Part shown: positions 39,311-52,715 of the stretch, piece after piece
Numbering within the stretch: the first letter of the stretch is position 1
How the letters are laid out: every line of letters begins with the position of its first letter
DNA from: Octopus vulgaris
Taxonomy: Eukaryota
Assembly: GCA_951406725.2 (NCBI GenBank)
Contig: OX597824.1
Location: forward strand, 32,674,001 to 32,738,000
Reading direction: 5' to 3'
Length of the DNA: 64,000 nucleotides
Notes under the pieces: generated by a model
The model's input: the letters and a program-made list of their open reading frames with translations, nothing else
Told to the model about the DNA's origin: nothing
Database searches by the model: none
Made by a program: the position numbers and the translations under genes

Positions 39311-39927
39311 ATATATATGTGTGTGTGTGGTTAGAATCCAAACTGTGTCCTCTTATTCGATTCTCTGCCTGAAGAATTTTTAATGAGAGATATCTTACAT
39401 GTTTTCTACGTGTACAATTTTGCTGCTCCTATTAGCAAATGAAATACGTGTAATGGTGAATAAAGAACATCAAAAATTTCTCCAGTCTCTCGTTTGTATG
39501 TATGTATGTATGTATGTATGTATGAAGAAAGCCAGTCAACCTTCTTGTAAAAGCATAAGAAATTTTTCTCTGTTAACAAGTATTGAGTAATTCTTCAGTT
39601 TAACATTAATTTCTTTTATACGTATTGACGGCCCTGTCCGTGGGCAGATCCTGAGAATTGCATGAAGGCACCAGATGTGTTATAAAATGCTGAGTTCGTT
39701 TTTCATCGCATGAAGCTATTAGTTGCTCATAAAAATATATATTGTGTTTATTAAATAAGATATATATATACACACACACACTTATATGAATAATACATGC
39801 ATACAAGCTCATACGTGCATTACGCACGCACACACACACACACACACATACGCACACACACACATTGTGACTTATTTATTTGCGGTCTAACTCTCATAAT
39901 ACCTTTGACATTATATATTTATTATAT

Positions 39928-40524
39928 GTTTCTTTACTGCTCACAAAGGGTTAAACATAGAGGGGGCAAACAAGGACAGACAAAGGGATTAAGTCGATTA
40001 CATCGACCCCAGTGCGAAAATGGTACTTTATTTATCGACCCCGAAAGGATGAAAGGCAAAGTCGACCTCGGCGGAATTTGAACTCAGAACGTAACAACAG
40101 ACGAAATACCTATTTCTTTATTACCCACAAGGGGCTAAACATAGAGGGGACAAACAAGGACAGACAAAGGGATCAAGTTGATTACATCGACCCCAGTGCG
40201 AAACTGGTACTTTATTTATCGACCCCGAAAGGATGAAAGGCAAAGTCAACCTCGGTGGTATTTGAACTCAGAACGTAACAACAGACGAAATACCTATTTC
40301 TTTATTACCCACAAGGGGCTAAACATAGAGGGGACAAACAAGGACAGACAAAGGGATTAAGTCGATTACATCGACCCCAGTGCGAAACTGGTACTTTATT
40401 TATCGACCCCGAAAGGATGAAAGGCAAAGTCGACCTCGGTGGAATTTGAACTCAGAACGTAACAACAGACGAAATACCTATTTCTTTATTACCGGCGCGC
40501 TAACGTTTCTTCCAGCACGCCGCC
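39928..40524 (-). mobile_element. SINE family A head-to-tail trimer, 184-bp period
   Basis: Junction starts at 40111, 40295 and 40479. A single 24-bp TSD, TTTGACATTATATATTTATTATAT, lies at 39904-39927 and 40526-40549. Confidence 0.9.
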
Positions 40525-40922
40525 TTTTGACATTATATATTTATTATATTCCTAGCTAAATAATTCCTTGTGTATCATGGATGTCACTCGAACCGATAAC
40601 AAACATTAGAAACGACAACTATTTTAAATCGCTGCATCAACATAATCTCTTTCTTTCCATTCCAATATTCCTAATATCTTTCATATGATCCAACAAGCGG
40701 ACCTCCATCTAGTCGCTCTGTCAGCAATTAAGTATGCTTCGCTACTCTACCCTCTCATATGATGATAAATACCCAAGGTATCGTAATAGCTGAAATGTCT
40801 TTGATTTTTGGCGTGGAATGGCTAAAACAAGTAACATACCTACCTACGTAGATACATACATACGTACGCACATACCTACATGCATGCATGTGTGTATGTA
40901 ATACATTTGTGTATATGTGTAT

Positions 40923-40973
<51 letters not shown>

Positions 40974-41182
40974 CATACATACAAATATATATATACATAC
41001 ATATACATACATTATTATTGGCGTGAGTATTGGTGTGTGTGTGTGTGAGTTTTGGACACACGCAATGATCGAAGTTCCAATTAAGTACTGAAATCAATAT
41101 AATCGATACGACCAACTGCGATGTCCTCCAAAATGTGTGTCCATGCACATATGCTAAAACTCATTATTATCATTATTATGAA

Positions 41183-41570
41183 GCGGGGGAGCTGGCAGAA
41201 ACGTTAGCACGCCGGGCGAAATACTTAACGATATTTCGTCTGCCGCTACGTTCTGAGTTCAAATTCCGCCGAGGTCGATTTTGCTTTTCATCCTTTCGGG
41301 GTCAATAAATTAAGTACCAGTTACACACTGGGGTCGATATAATCGACTTAATCCGTTTGTCTGTCCTTGTTTGTCCCCTCTGTGTTTAGCTCCTTGTGGG
41401 TAGTAAAAAAATAGGTATTTCGTCTGTCTTTATGTTCTGAGTTCAAGTTCTACCGAGGTCGACTTTGCCTTTCATACTTTGGGGTTCGATTAAATAAGTA
41501 CCAGTTGAGCTCTAGGGTCCATGTAATCGAGTAGACTAGCCCCCTTACCGTTGTGCCAAAATTTAAACTC
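41183..41570 (+). mobile_element. SINE family A dimer; the second unit has the older tail
   Basis: Junction AAAAATA|GGTATTTCGTCTG at 41413/41414. Confidence 0.8.
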
Positions 41571-43489
41571 ATTGTTATTACTGTCGTGCAAAATAAACTG
41601 CATATCGACAAGAAATAATTAAATTATTTGGTAATAATAAGCTAAGATTCAATCCTAGAATTCCTCTGTACATTTTAATCAGTTGTGAACAAAGATTGTC
41701 TGGACTCAGGAAAAATAGATTTTTAAAAAATGGACGAAGGGCTCAGTTTTAAAGAACAAATCAAAAATTTTCCCAAAATGTTTAAGTGTCTTGTGATAGT
41801 GAGAAGAAAATATGTATGACTGTATGACAGAAAATCGTATATTTTGTTGGTTTATGTGAATGGAAATGTTGTCCTCCTACACAACATCAATGCAAATTAA
41901 TACTACGTCTGTCGACAGCCAGCTAAACATTTATTTAACGAAAAGTATCACCTGTGAAAATTCTAAGACGCACATTCAAGGGAAGAGTGTTAAGTAGCTA
42001 CACAGGTAAGAAATACATGAATATCTGTTCTTTGTTTCGTAACATTTGAACTAGCTTCATACACAGTCAAATGAATGCTAACTCGTTACTTGTACGTAGG
42101 AGTGTTTTGTTCACGGAATCTATTTATTTCGAATATTGGTGGCACAGGTTTTCTTCGTCACGATCAGGCGTTCTCTCCGAATAAAATAACACACTCTGAC
42201 ATTTTAGATTAATGTAAGAGAGAAAGATTTTTGTATGTATATTCGCTATTTTCGGTTTAGAATGGCTCAGAGACGAAAGTAATTTGCTAATTATTCAAGC
42301 AGTCACGTCAGTAAATATACTGGTGCCAGACAAGACAACAACATCGATTGAGGGAAAGAATTACTATAGCATTTCCAAATAAAAGGGGAAAAAATTCAAC
42401 AGTAAAAATAAAAACATGAGGAGAGGGATTTAATGAAGTGGGGAAGGTGAGAAGTAGACCAAGTTATTAGCTTTATTCAGCTTTCAAGAGTTTGTGATAG
42501 AATTTTTTTTTTTTTCAAGTAGAATGGTTACAATTACAAGAAATACTTAATATGTTCTGACAATCGTGTTCTGATTTACAAATTAATATTAGCAGCAAAT
42601 GCAGCATTTACTGATTAAGAGACCGTAAAACGCTCACACACACACACACACATACACCCGCATACACACGTGCTTCTACGAATTTGAAAGTTTAATTATA
42701 TAATATCTTAATATAATAAAAGGAAGGAGAATGTTGATTAATGTACCTAAAACATATCCCTTTTCTTCGTCTCCGATACGAAATTTTGAATCACCAACTG
42801 TTACACTAACCAAGCTGAATTACAGAAATTCCATGCAGGTGAAAGTAATGAAGATAATACCATTTTTGGCACCAAATGGCACTGGAACAATTGTTATTGT
42901 CAAATTGTTATTCTTCTCGTTTACATTGATTGCTTAGTAAGAATTCTCGTCCAAAAACAATAGCAAGGAATGTATTATGGTTACTTATATAGAATAAAAA
43001 TCTCTCGAAATATTCTAATCATAGGTTTAAGATATTTCTTCTCAAAGAAAACAAAATTAATAGTAGAATTTATCGATAATGAATTTCTGCAACGAAATAT
43101 AATTGATGCTAACTTAAAATGTATTAACTGCTTTTATTTCATTTTATTTCTAAGTGAGTTAAGATGCTTCACAAATGGTTTGGCCAAGATAAATTGCAAA
43201 TTAGCGTGTAGAATTCTACAGTGTGTGTTCATTATTATATTCAGTTACACAAGTAAGAGACAGACGACAAGGACGTCTCTTCGTGGACGTTCGACCTGCT
43301 TGAAACAACAGCCAGATTTCCCTCTAATCAGATCTCATCGTCTTAAAAACAAAAGAGATGATATATAAGAAAACGTACTCTTAGCTAGTCCTATAAACAT
43401 TGGCAAGTCTGATGTTTTTGAATAAAACACTGTTGCTTTGTCAGACCAGAACAAATTTATGGCTAAAACATCAAGTAACATACATACGT

Positions 43490-43556
43490 ATGCACATACA
43501 TACATACATACATACATACATACATGCATGAATGTGTGTATGTAACACATTTGTGT

Positions 43557-43593
<37 letters not shown>

Positions 43594-43972
43594 CATACAT
43601 ATATATTCACACACATATATAGACATACATATACATACTAATATATATATATACACATACATACATATATATCCATATATATACATACAAATATATATAT
43701 ACATACATATACATACAAATATATATATACATATACATACATACAAATATATATATACATATAAATATATATATACATACACATACATACATATACATAC
43801 TAATATATACATACATACAGATATACATACACATACATACATATACATACATACATATACATACTAATATATATATACATACATACATATATACATACAC
43901 ATACACATACATACATATACATACTAATATATATATACATACATACAGATATACATACACACATATATACAT

Positions 43973-44025
<53 letters not shown>

Positions 44026-44104
44026 CATACAGATATATATATATATATATATATACATACAGATATATATATATATATACATACAGATATATATATATAT
44101 ACAT

Positions 44105-44142
<38 letters not shown>

Positions 44143-44658
44143 CAGATATATATATATACATACAGATATATATATATATACATACAGATATATATATATA
44201 CATACAGATATATATATATACATACATACAGGTATATATATATATACATACATATATATATATATATACATACAGATATATATATATATATATACATACA
44301 GATATATATATATATACATACATACATGTATATATATATATACATACATATACATACATATATATACACATATATATACATACATATATATACACATATA
44401 TACACATACATATATATACACATATATATACATACATATATATACACATATATACATACATACATATATACATACACATACATACATATACATACATATA
44501 CATACTAATATATATATACATACATACTGATATATATATATACATATATATACACATATATATACATACATACATATACACATATATATACATACATACA
44601 TATACACATATATATACATACATACATATACACATATATATACATACATACACATATA

Positions 44659-44690
<32 letters not shown>

Positions 44691-44910
44691 CATACATAAT
44701 ACAAACATACATACATATACATACATATATATATACACATATATACATACAAACATATACATATATACACACGCATATATACACATAAACATATATGTAT
44801 ATAGAGATAGATACATATATATATATATGCATATACATATATACAAACGTATACATATACTTAAATATACATACATATATATATACATACATATACATAC
44901 ATATATATAC

Positions 44911-44941
<31 letters not shown>

Positions 44942-45020
44942 CACACATACATATATATATATGCATATACATACATATATATATACATACATATATATAC
45001 ACACATACATATATACATGC

Positions 45021-45069
<49 letters not shown>

Positions 45070-45425
45070 TACATATATATACATACATATACACATATAT
45101 ATATGTATACATACATAGATATATAAATACATACATTTATATATACATATTCTGTTATGTCTGTGGAGATTCACATTAACTGACAGATTCAACAACTATT
45201 GAAAAGGTTGCAAGATGCAACGAAAATTTTAGAAAAATAAAAAAGAAATAAGTGGAAATTTTACCGGTGAGTGTGTTAAATTATAAGGCACCAAAGGAGA
45301 ATGACTCTCCCCTGACAAAACAGAATATACATAAATATATACATGCAATTATACATATATATATGCGTATATATACATGCATACATATATATATATATAC
45401 ACATATATATACATACATACATACA

Positions 45426-45461
<36 letters not shown>

Positions 45462-45820
45462 TGCATAGTTATATATTCATACATATATATAGATATATAT
45501 ACATATCTATATACATTTATATGTATATATATATATATACATATATATACATTTATATGTATATTTATACATACATATATATACATACATACATATACAT
45601 ACATACATATACATACACACATAAACATACACACATAAACATACACACATAAACATACACACATAAACATACATACATATGTATACATATATATATATAC
45701 ACACATATATACCTATACATTTATATATACACGTATATATATGTTTACAGACATACACACACGCACATATATACACATATATATGCACATGTATACACAC
45801 ACACACACACACACACACAC
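43490..45820. repeat. (TA/TACA/CA)n compound microsatellite, about 2.3 kb, interrupted by a MITE
   Basis: Seen directly. Confidence 0.95.
45150..45325. mobile_element. Deleted, inverted relative of the 15791-16032 MITE
   Basis: Same termini TTCTGTT...AACAGAA flanked by TA. One full arm plus the spacer in reverse orientation; the other arm is reduced to about 20 bp. Confidence 0.8.
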
Positions 45821-47326
45821 AAATGTTTTTAGGTGGTATGTAGCGTGGCCCAAGAATTAAAAAATGCGGTGATGAGGAGAGAAAAGTGACTGCTTTAATT
45901 TTTATAATGATAATAAAATGACAATAAAAGAAGCGATGAATTTCAGAAACTCTTTGTTGATACAAATATTTTTTTTCTCAAATCAATTTAACATAATTGT
46001 GTAGCGAAGAATAAATAAAACGTTTTCAATAACGGAAATTTGTTTTTCAACAAGAAATAAGCTACACATAAAATACATCAGTATAAATATTACCATTTGT
46101 AAAATGTATTCTTAATGTAAATATTTGTAAACCGTAAAGCGATATATCTTTTATGTTAATTAAACACCTTACTTCTACTGCTTGTATACGTATAGAAAAA
46201 TATAAACGAAAGAAAAGATCAGACTATTTATTATTGCTGTGTTTATTATTATTCGGAGCCTGGAAACGTAATTATTTTAAATGTCTGTCCATGTTTTTTT
46301 TTTTTCCCCCTTTCTCTGCTTGATAGATTTAAAAACGAAAACACGATAAAATAAAATCGATTTCGTTCGAAACATCTTTTTGTATGTTGAATGAAGAATA
46401 GTGTAAGTTTCCATGCAGTCTGTTGCTGCTATAGCAGTCACTGTTGTTATCGTTACTGTTACTTCTACTACTACTACTACTACTACTATCAACAGATATG
46501 TGAAACTTTCTCGACTGCTTGATCTATCTGCTTCTGCCGCAGCAGCTCGCATTCACGCAACCGTTGCTTTCTGTCAAGTTTTTAGATGTGTATGCACACG
46601 ACAGTGGACAGCTGTCTATGACCAGTCGCTACTTTCATTTTCTCTTTCGTATGACAACCCGAGTTGGCATATCTGCTGTGACACTTATTTGCAAACATGT
46701 TAATTTGGTCGAACAGACATGACAGCGCTGACTTCCAAATTAGGTTCGAATCTTAGGTTTAACGAAAGAAAAGAAAACTATTTATATCCACAAATATAAT
46801 CTGCACACATCAGAAGGTGATCTGATACAAACTTACAACTGATATGCTCAGATCGTATGTTTTATTAACTGTTTGGTATATTAATAATAATAATGATAGT
46901 AATAATAATGATAATACGAAACATTTGTTTATTTGTATTACTAAACAGAAGAGCGAACGCACCTAAAATAACCTCTTACGTGAGAAGGGGTGACATTCAG
47001 AGTAGAAGAAAGACAAATGCGTTTTGTGTCATTAACGGAGGAAAAAAGGGTATTAAATAGACATAAATTTACAGCATGAAGGGAAAAAAATCCAAACAAA
47101 CACCGCTTAGTTTTATGTAGTCATATTGGAAATCTATAAGTAGCAAAGATCGAAACCTTTTCAAGGAAAATAGAAAAAGCTGCAATGAAAATAAGCTTCG
47201 TGATGGAAATAATTAAGAACATGAGTTTAGTTTTAAGAATGGTAAGTGGTGAAAATATCTAATGGAAGTCTAGAGATGTTGTTAGAGCGGAGACTGGTCT
47301 AAAATATAGTGGAGGTCGTATCTTAC

Positions 47327-47386
47327 CGTTCTAAGAAACGAAATGTCGTCCTGCTCTCCCCCGCCTGGCTCAGCCGAATCCGCCAT
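47327..47386 (-). CDS. RyR: Ryanodine receptor, first coding exon
   Basis: caacaacATGG strong start context, then 20 codons, MADSAEPGGGEQDDISFLRT. This matches RyR N-termini as I recall them (Drosophila MAEAEGGSEQDDVSFLRT, human RYR2 MADGGEGEDEIQFLRT). It ends in a phase-0 ACG|GTAAGA donor right after FLRT. Confidence 0.92.
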
Positions 47387-48244
47387 GTTGTTGATGAAGA
47401 TTTATCGACTCAGAGTGAAGCAACAGTGCACTCCTCCTCTGCTTTTAGTAGCAGGCCGAACCTGACAGCCTCCGTACTTCACCTCCACGCAGGTAGTGGC
47501 AATAGTAGAAATGGTAGTAGCAATGTGTGTAGTCGCAGGAGTCAGAACGGTGTTGTTTAAACGCGTCGTTAGTGATGGATTAAGATAAAAAGATTCTTCA
47601 AAAGTTCCCGTTACTTTCTTACTTCTATTCTCTTCAAATCATTGCCGTGCCAGTGTTTATACATGTATGTCCATCTATATATACATGTTTATATATATAT
47701 ATATATTATGGACTCGTACACGACGCTTCTTCTTTCGAAGGCAGAGCCAGTAAATCTTTCAGGTATTATCCGAAAAAGTTTTTTTTTTTAAGGCCGTGAT
47801 AATAATACTAGTATTATATATATATATAAATATATTTTCTCTATAGTCGTCTGCTGGGCAACGACTACTTATAGACTTGCACAGGTTTTTTTTTTACTAC
47901 TACCACTATTGCTACAGCTCGAGGAAACGGGGCAGCAACAGCAGCAATGACGAAAGATTAAATAGTACGTCTGCTTGGTGGCATAGCAGACTCTGTCAGT
48001 GATGGTGTTTGAGAAGATGGGAACGGTTTATTTTGGTGCTAGGCTGATTTGGCTCATTTTTCTATATTTTGAAATTTGTTTGGTTATTTACTTGGTTATT
48101 TCTAATTATATGCACTGACTAGCAGATAGGTAGGTAGGTAGTAAGTCTGCTAGCCTCACCCGTTACGTGAACACCATTCACTTTTCTTTAACACTCATTT
48201 CGTTTATTCCTAAAATACCTATTTCTTCTGACGAGTAAATCATC

Positions 48245-48292
<48 letters not shown>

Positions 48293-48300
48293 TATAATAC
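47387..48300 (-). promoter_or_regulatory. Probable RyR 5' UTR and proximal promoter region
   Basis: Transposon-free, CpG-retaining sequence directly upstream of the ATG, with a (CT)n tract at about 48249-48288. The TSS cannot be determined from sequence. Confidence 0.45.
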
Positions 48301-49214
48301 TCCATCATCAACGCATCCTTTTACTATCTTTGTTGCTACTGTTTAAGCACTTACAACATTCTCTTTCTTTCACTCATTTCTTAACGCAATCTCTCGATTT
48401 CTTATTCTCACCGAGCCAAGTTATATTTTATTCCTTCTTTCATTCTTCTCTCTATCTGCTTCATGCACCTAATTCATTCTCGGCACGATCTCTCAATCAC
48501 CCTCCAACACCAAATCCATCCTCAACACGATTCCTTCACTCACCTTTCTAAGTAACATTTTTTTTTTTATTAAAACCCTGCAACTTAACGACGCTCTCTT
48601 AACACCTTTACCAGTTCTATCCGCTGCAATCTGTGAATTAAAAAATTGTGTAACTTGTTATCACAGTTTATCCACGAATTCGACGGACAATATAACAACT
48701 GTAATTATTCCAGACAACACGTCGCCTTTTAACAACGAACTCTGTTAAGTTGCCTAAACGAAAAGTTGAGGTTGTTTTCTGAAAGACGCGTTGTTTTTTT
48801 TTTTATATTGATAAAAATGCCGAAACTTCACATGATTTCGTTAAATGAAAACAGTAAAATATTATATTTATTTATTCTTTCATATTAAACCAAATTAAAG
48901 AAAGACACTGAATATATTACTTCGAAATTATTTAAAAGTGATAAAAATTTGTTATATTCGTTAAAAAACAGTTTATAGAAATAGTATATTATTTTGAAAT
49001 GTTTAAGAATTATTTAGCTTTAAATTATTGATGGCTTATTATTTCATTGGGTTTTACTACTAAGTCCGTTTTATTTTTACGTGTCCTTTCTTCCTTTGCG
49101 AAAAATACTCCATGTAAAGGATAAATAGCATATTGCATTTGTACAGATACTGCGGTCAAGAGTTTTTGGAGCCAAATAAAAAAGCTACATCAACATAAAT
49201 ATTTATTCATTCAA

Positions 49215-49410
49215 GGGCGGCGAGATGGCAGAATCGTTAGCACGTAGGAAAAAAATGCTTAGCGACAGTTCATTTGTGTTCTGAGTTCAAATTCCGCCGA
49301 GGTCGACATTACCTTTCACCCTTTCGAGGTCGATAAAATCAGTACCAATTGAACACTGAGGTCAATGCAATCGACTAACCTCTCCTCCGAATCTGTCAAA
49401 ATTTGAAATC
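49215..49410 (+). mobile_element. SINE family A, older subfamily
   Basis: GGCGGCGAGATGGCAGAATCGTTAG head and body. Confidence 0.75.
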
Positions 49411-49837
49411 GATTTACTCGCGCGAACACACACGTATATTTACTGTTTTGTAGTACAGCTTTTAAATCAAATTCGGCCAAAATTTTCAGTATTCTTAGTC
49501 TTTTAGTCTTTATATTATTGTCTTCAACTCATGGAATTATTATTTAAGCTTGGATCTTCATTCAGTTACGACCCTTAATATGAAGATATAGCGAATAAAA
49601 ATGTATCTACTGCTGCAACTAACCACAGCCATTATAAACACAAATAATGCTCCTAATGTGGCGTACGTTAAAATATTTCCGATTCAGAATTTTTTTTTCT
49701 AATGCATTCAACGCCATTGCTAAATATCTTCAACAGATTCTAATAGAATTGGTTTTCTTTCTGCTGAAAACCAAAATAAGAAAAAAAAAAAAAGATTACA
49801 TGACATAAAAATCGTCAACGAGCAATTCTCTATTTAA

Positions 49838-50880
49838 CTACTTTTATTTGTTTCGGTCATTAGACTGCGGCCATGCTGGGGTACCGCCATGAAGAATTTT
49901 AGTTGAACGAATCGGCTCCAGTACTTAATTTCTTTTTAAACCTGGTACTTATTTTATCGGTCACTTTTGCCAAACCGCCAAGTCACGGGGACGTAAACAC
50001 ACCAACGTCGATTGTCAATCGGTGATGGGGGGCCCAAAAGATCCCAAAGTGCTGTTCCCACCATCAGAGCGTCGCCCGGGACTGACCGCTCCATCCCCAA
50101 GCTAGCTAGGGTTTGCCCAGTTAAGGCTGGCATACGATTTAAGAACACCTGATCAACAATACTTTATCGAGAACTGTAAGTTTTTTTTTCTTCCGCAAAG
50201 GCTAACTGCTGTGATCATTGGTGATTTGAACTCTTTTACTCTTTTACTTGTTTCAGCCATTTGACTTTGGCCATGCTGGAGCACCGCCTTAAGTCGAGCA
50301 AATCGACCCCCAGGACTTATTCTTTGTAAGCCTAGTACTTATTCTATCAGTCTCTTTTGCCGAACCGCTAAGTCACGGGAACGTAAACACACCACCATCA
50401 CTTGTCAAGCAATGCTAGGCGGACAAACACAGACACACTCACACACACACACACACACATGTATATATATATATATACACACACACATATATACGACGGG
50501 CTTTTTTCAGCTTCCGTCTACCAAATCCACTCAGAAGGCTTTGTTTGGCCCGAGGCTATAGTAGAAGAACCTTGCTCAAAGTGCGACGCAGTGGGACTGA
50601 ACTCGGAACTATGTGGTTGGTAAGCAAGCTACTTACTACACAGCCACTCCTACACCCATGAACTGAAACTCAGTCACTCCATTTTCTAACTTTTATCTTT
50701 TACTTGCTTCAATCACTTGACCGTGGTCATGCTGGGGCACTGCCTTGAAGAATTTTTAGTTCAATGTATCGACCCCAGTACTTATATTTTTAAAAGCTTG
50801 GTACTTATTCTATCGGTTATTTTTGCCGAACCGTTAAATTACGGGGACGTGAACAAACCAACACGTGTTGTCAAACACAC
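49838..50880 (-). mobile_element. Cluster of family B SINEs (about 49838-50030, 50232-50655, 50690-50880)
   Basis: Three GGCCATGCTGG-type tails on the minus strand; the middle copy is full length. Confidence 0.75.
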
Positions 50881-51150
50881 GCACGCACGCGCGTGTATGA
50901 AACGAACTTCCAATATCAAGCTGCTATTATATATTATTGACCGTAAAAAGGAACGAAAGACAAAGTCTAGACCTCAGTGGAATTTGAACTCAGAACGTAA
51001 AGAGCCAGAACAAATGCCGCTGAGCATTTAGTCCGGCGTAGTAACTATGTCTTTCACCATAGCATCGGGCCGACTAAAGTCCTGTGCGTGGATTTCGTAG
51101 ACGGAAACTGAAAGAAGTCCGTCGTATCTATCTATCTATCTATCTATCTA

Positions 51151-51187
<37 letters not shown>

Positions 51188-51704
51188 ATGTTTGTGTATG
51201 TGTGTGTGTGTGTGTGTGTGTATGTATATGTATATATATATATGTGTGTGTGTGTGTGTATGTATAGATATATGAATATGTATATATTTATATGTATATA
51301 TATGTATATATATATGTGTGTGTGTGTGTGTATATATATATGTGTGTGTGTGTGTGTGTATATATATAAGTATATGTATGTATATGTATATATATAAGTA
51401 TATGTGTATATGTATACATGTATATATCTATGTGTATATGTATACATGTATATATCTATATGTATATGTATATATATGTATATACATATATGTATACATA
51501 TGTGCATATATATGTATATATTTGTATATATATATGTGTGTGTGTATGTATATGCATACACACACACATACACGTGTATGTATATGTGTGTCTTTGTGTC
51601 TCTGTTTGTCCCCTACAACCGCTTGACAACCGGCGTTGTTGCGTTTACATCACCGTAACTTAGTGGTTCTGCAAAAGAGGCCGACAGAATACGTAGCAGG
51701 TTTC

Positions 51705-52213
51705 TGATCTTAACTGATTGGACGTGTTATTATGTACATTGTTCCGTCTTGGTATAAAAGATGGGCTACAGCAAATATTCTGCTCAATACCACAGATTTG
51801 CTTGTCAATTGTTTGACTTTAACCAGTTGAGCATGTCCCTTAGTGGCTGACGATATGTGCATCTCTGATCACGAGCAGAAGTAGTGGGGGAGCATCATAG
51901 CCATGTGTTGAGAGGGATTCTTTGGGGTTTGAATAATTCACCTCTAGAAACATGGGTGTTTCGTTCAACATCCTTAAACAACCCTTATTCAGGGACCTTT
52001 TGAGCGGGATGGGTTACCCGACCAGAAGAAAATTCTAACTGGGCCCCAGGTCATGCGCTGTTTATCTTGATATGAGATCACCATGTTGCACACATATGGT
52101 TGTGATGCATGTGCCTAATGTACCCTTATCAGACGGGTAGTCATGATGGGTATACTGGGCTTCGTATATTTTACCCCAGTGTCACTTTGATGGCATGCAC
52201 TGCTCTCTCACTC

Positions 52214-52259
<46 letters not shown>
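51705..52259 (+). mobile_element. (AAT)n-tailed retroelement 3' segment, copy 2
   Basis: Homologous to 19909-20407. Confidence 0.75.
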
Positions 52260-52261
<2 letters not shown>

Positions 52262-52605
52262 TGATGTATCAATACCAGCAGATGACAACGTGTCTCTAAA
52301 ACAAATGGACAAACTTTCAAAATACAAAGACCTAGAAATAGAGGTAACTCGAATGTGAAATCTAAAAACAGAAGCAATTCCTATCATAGTAGACGCATTA
52401 GGTATGATAAAAAATATTCAGACACCAGGACTTACAAATATATACAACATACAGAAAATTGCACTACTGGGCACTGCACACATCCTGCGCAAAACACTTT
52501 CAATACAGTAACCATAAGAGCATCACAACAAACCACATCACATACCCAAGGCACACAGAGCTGCGCTCGGTAGTGAAGTGAAAGCACGATATAGAAATAA
52601 AACTA

Positions 52606-52610
<5 letters not shown>
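52260..52610 (+). mobile_element. R4/Dong-clade LINE 3' end (restriction-like endonuclease C-terminus plus 3' UTR)
   Basis: IDVSIPADDNVSLKQMDKLSKYKDLEIEVTRM*NLKTEAIPIIVDALGMIKK, then a frameshift, then NIQKIALLGTAHILRKTLSIQ* (stop 52509-52511). (AAT)n on both sides, the known Dong target. Confidence 0.85.
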
Positions 52611-52655
<45 letters not shown>

Positions 52656-52672
52656 TAATAATAATAATAATG

Positions 52673-52715
<43 letters not shown>

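Larger units (their letters stand above)
1..47326 (-). other. Probable intron 1 of a ryanodine receptor gene (continues beyond the left edge)
   Basis: Begins with the GTAAGA donor at 47326 after the RyR first coding exon. I found no exon encoding the expected next residues (D/E-D-M-V-C-L-S-C...AAEGFGNR) by eye in 1-47326. Confidence 0.7.

Noticed and set aside
39928-40524. Regular repeats superficially like a CRISPR array
   Set aside because: The units are whole 184-bp SINE bodies with no unique spacers, in a eukaryotic context with no cas genes.
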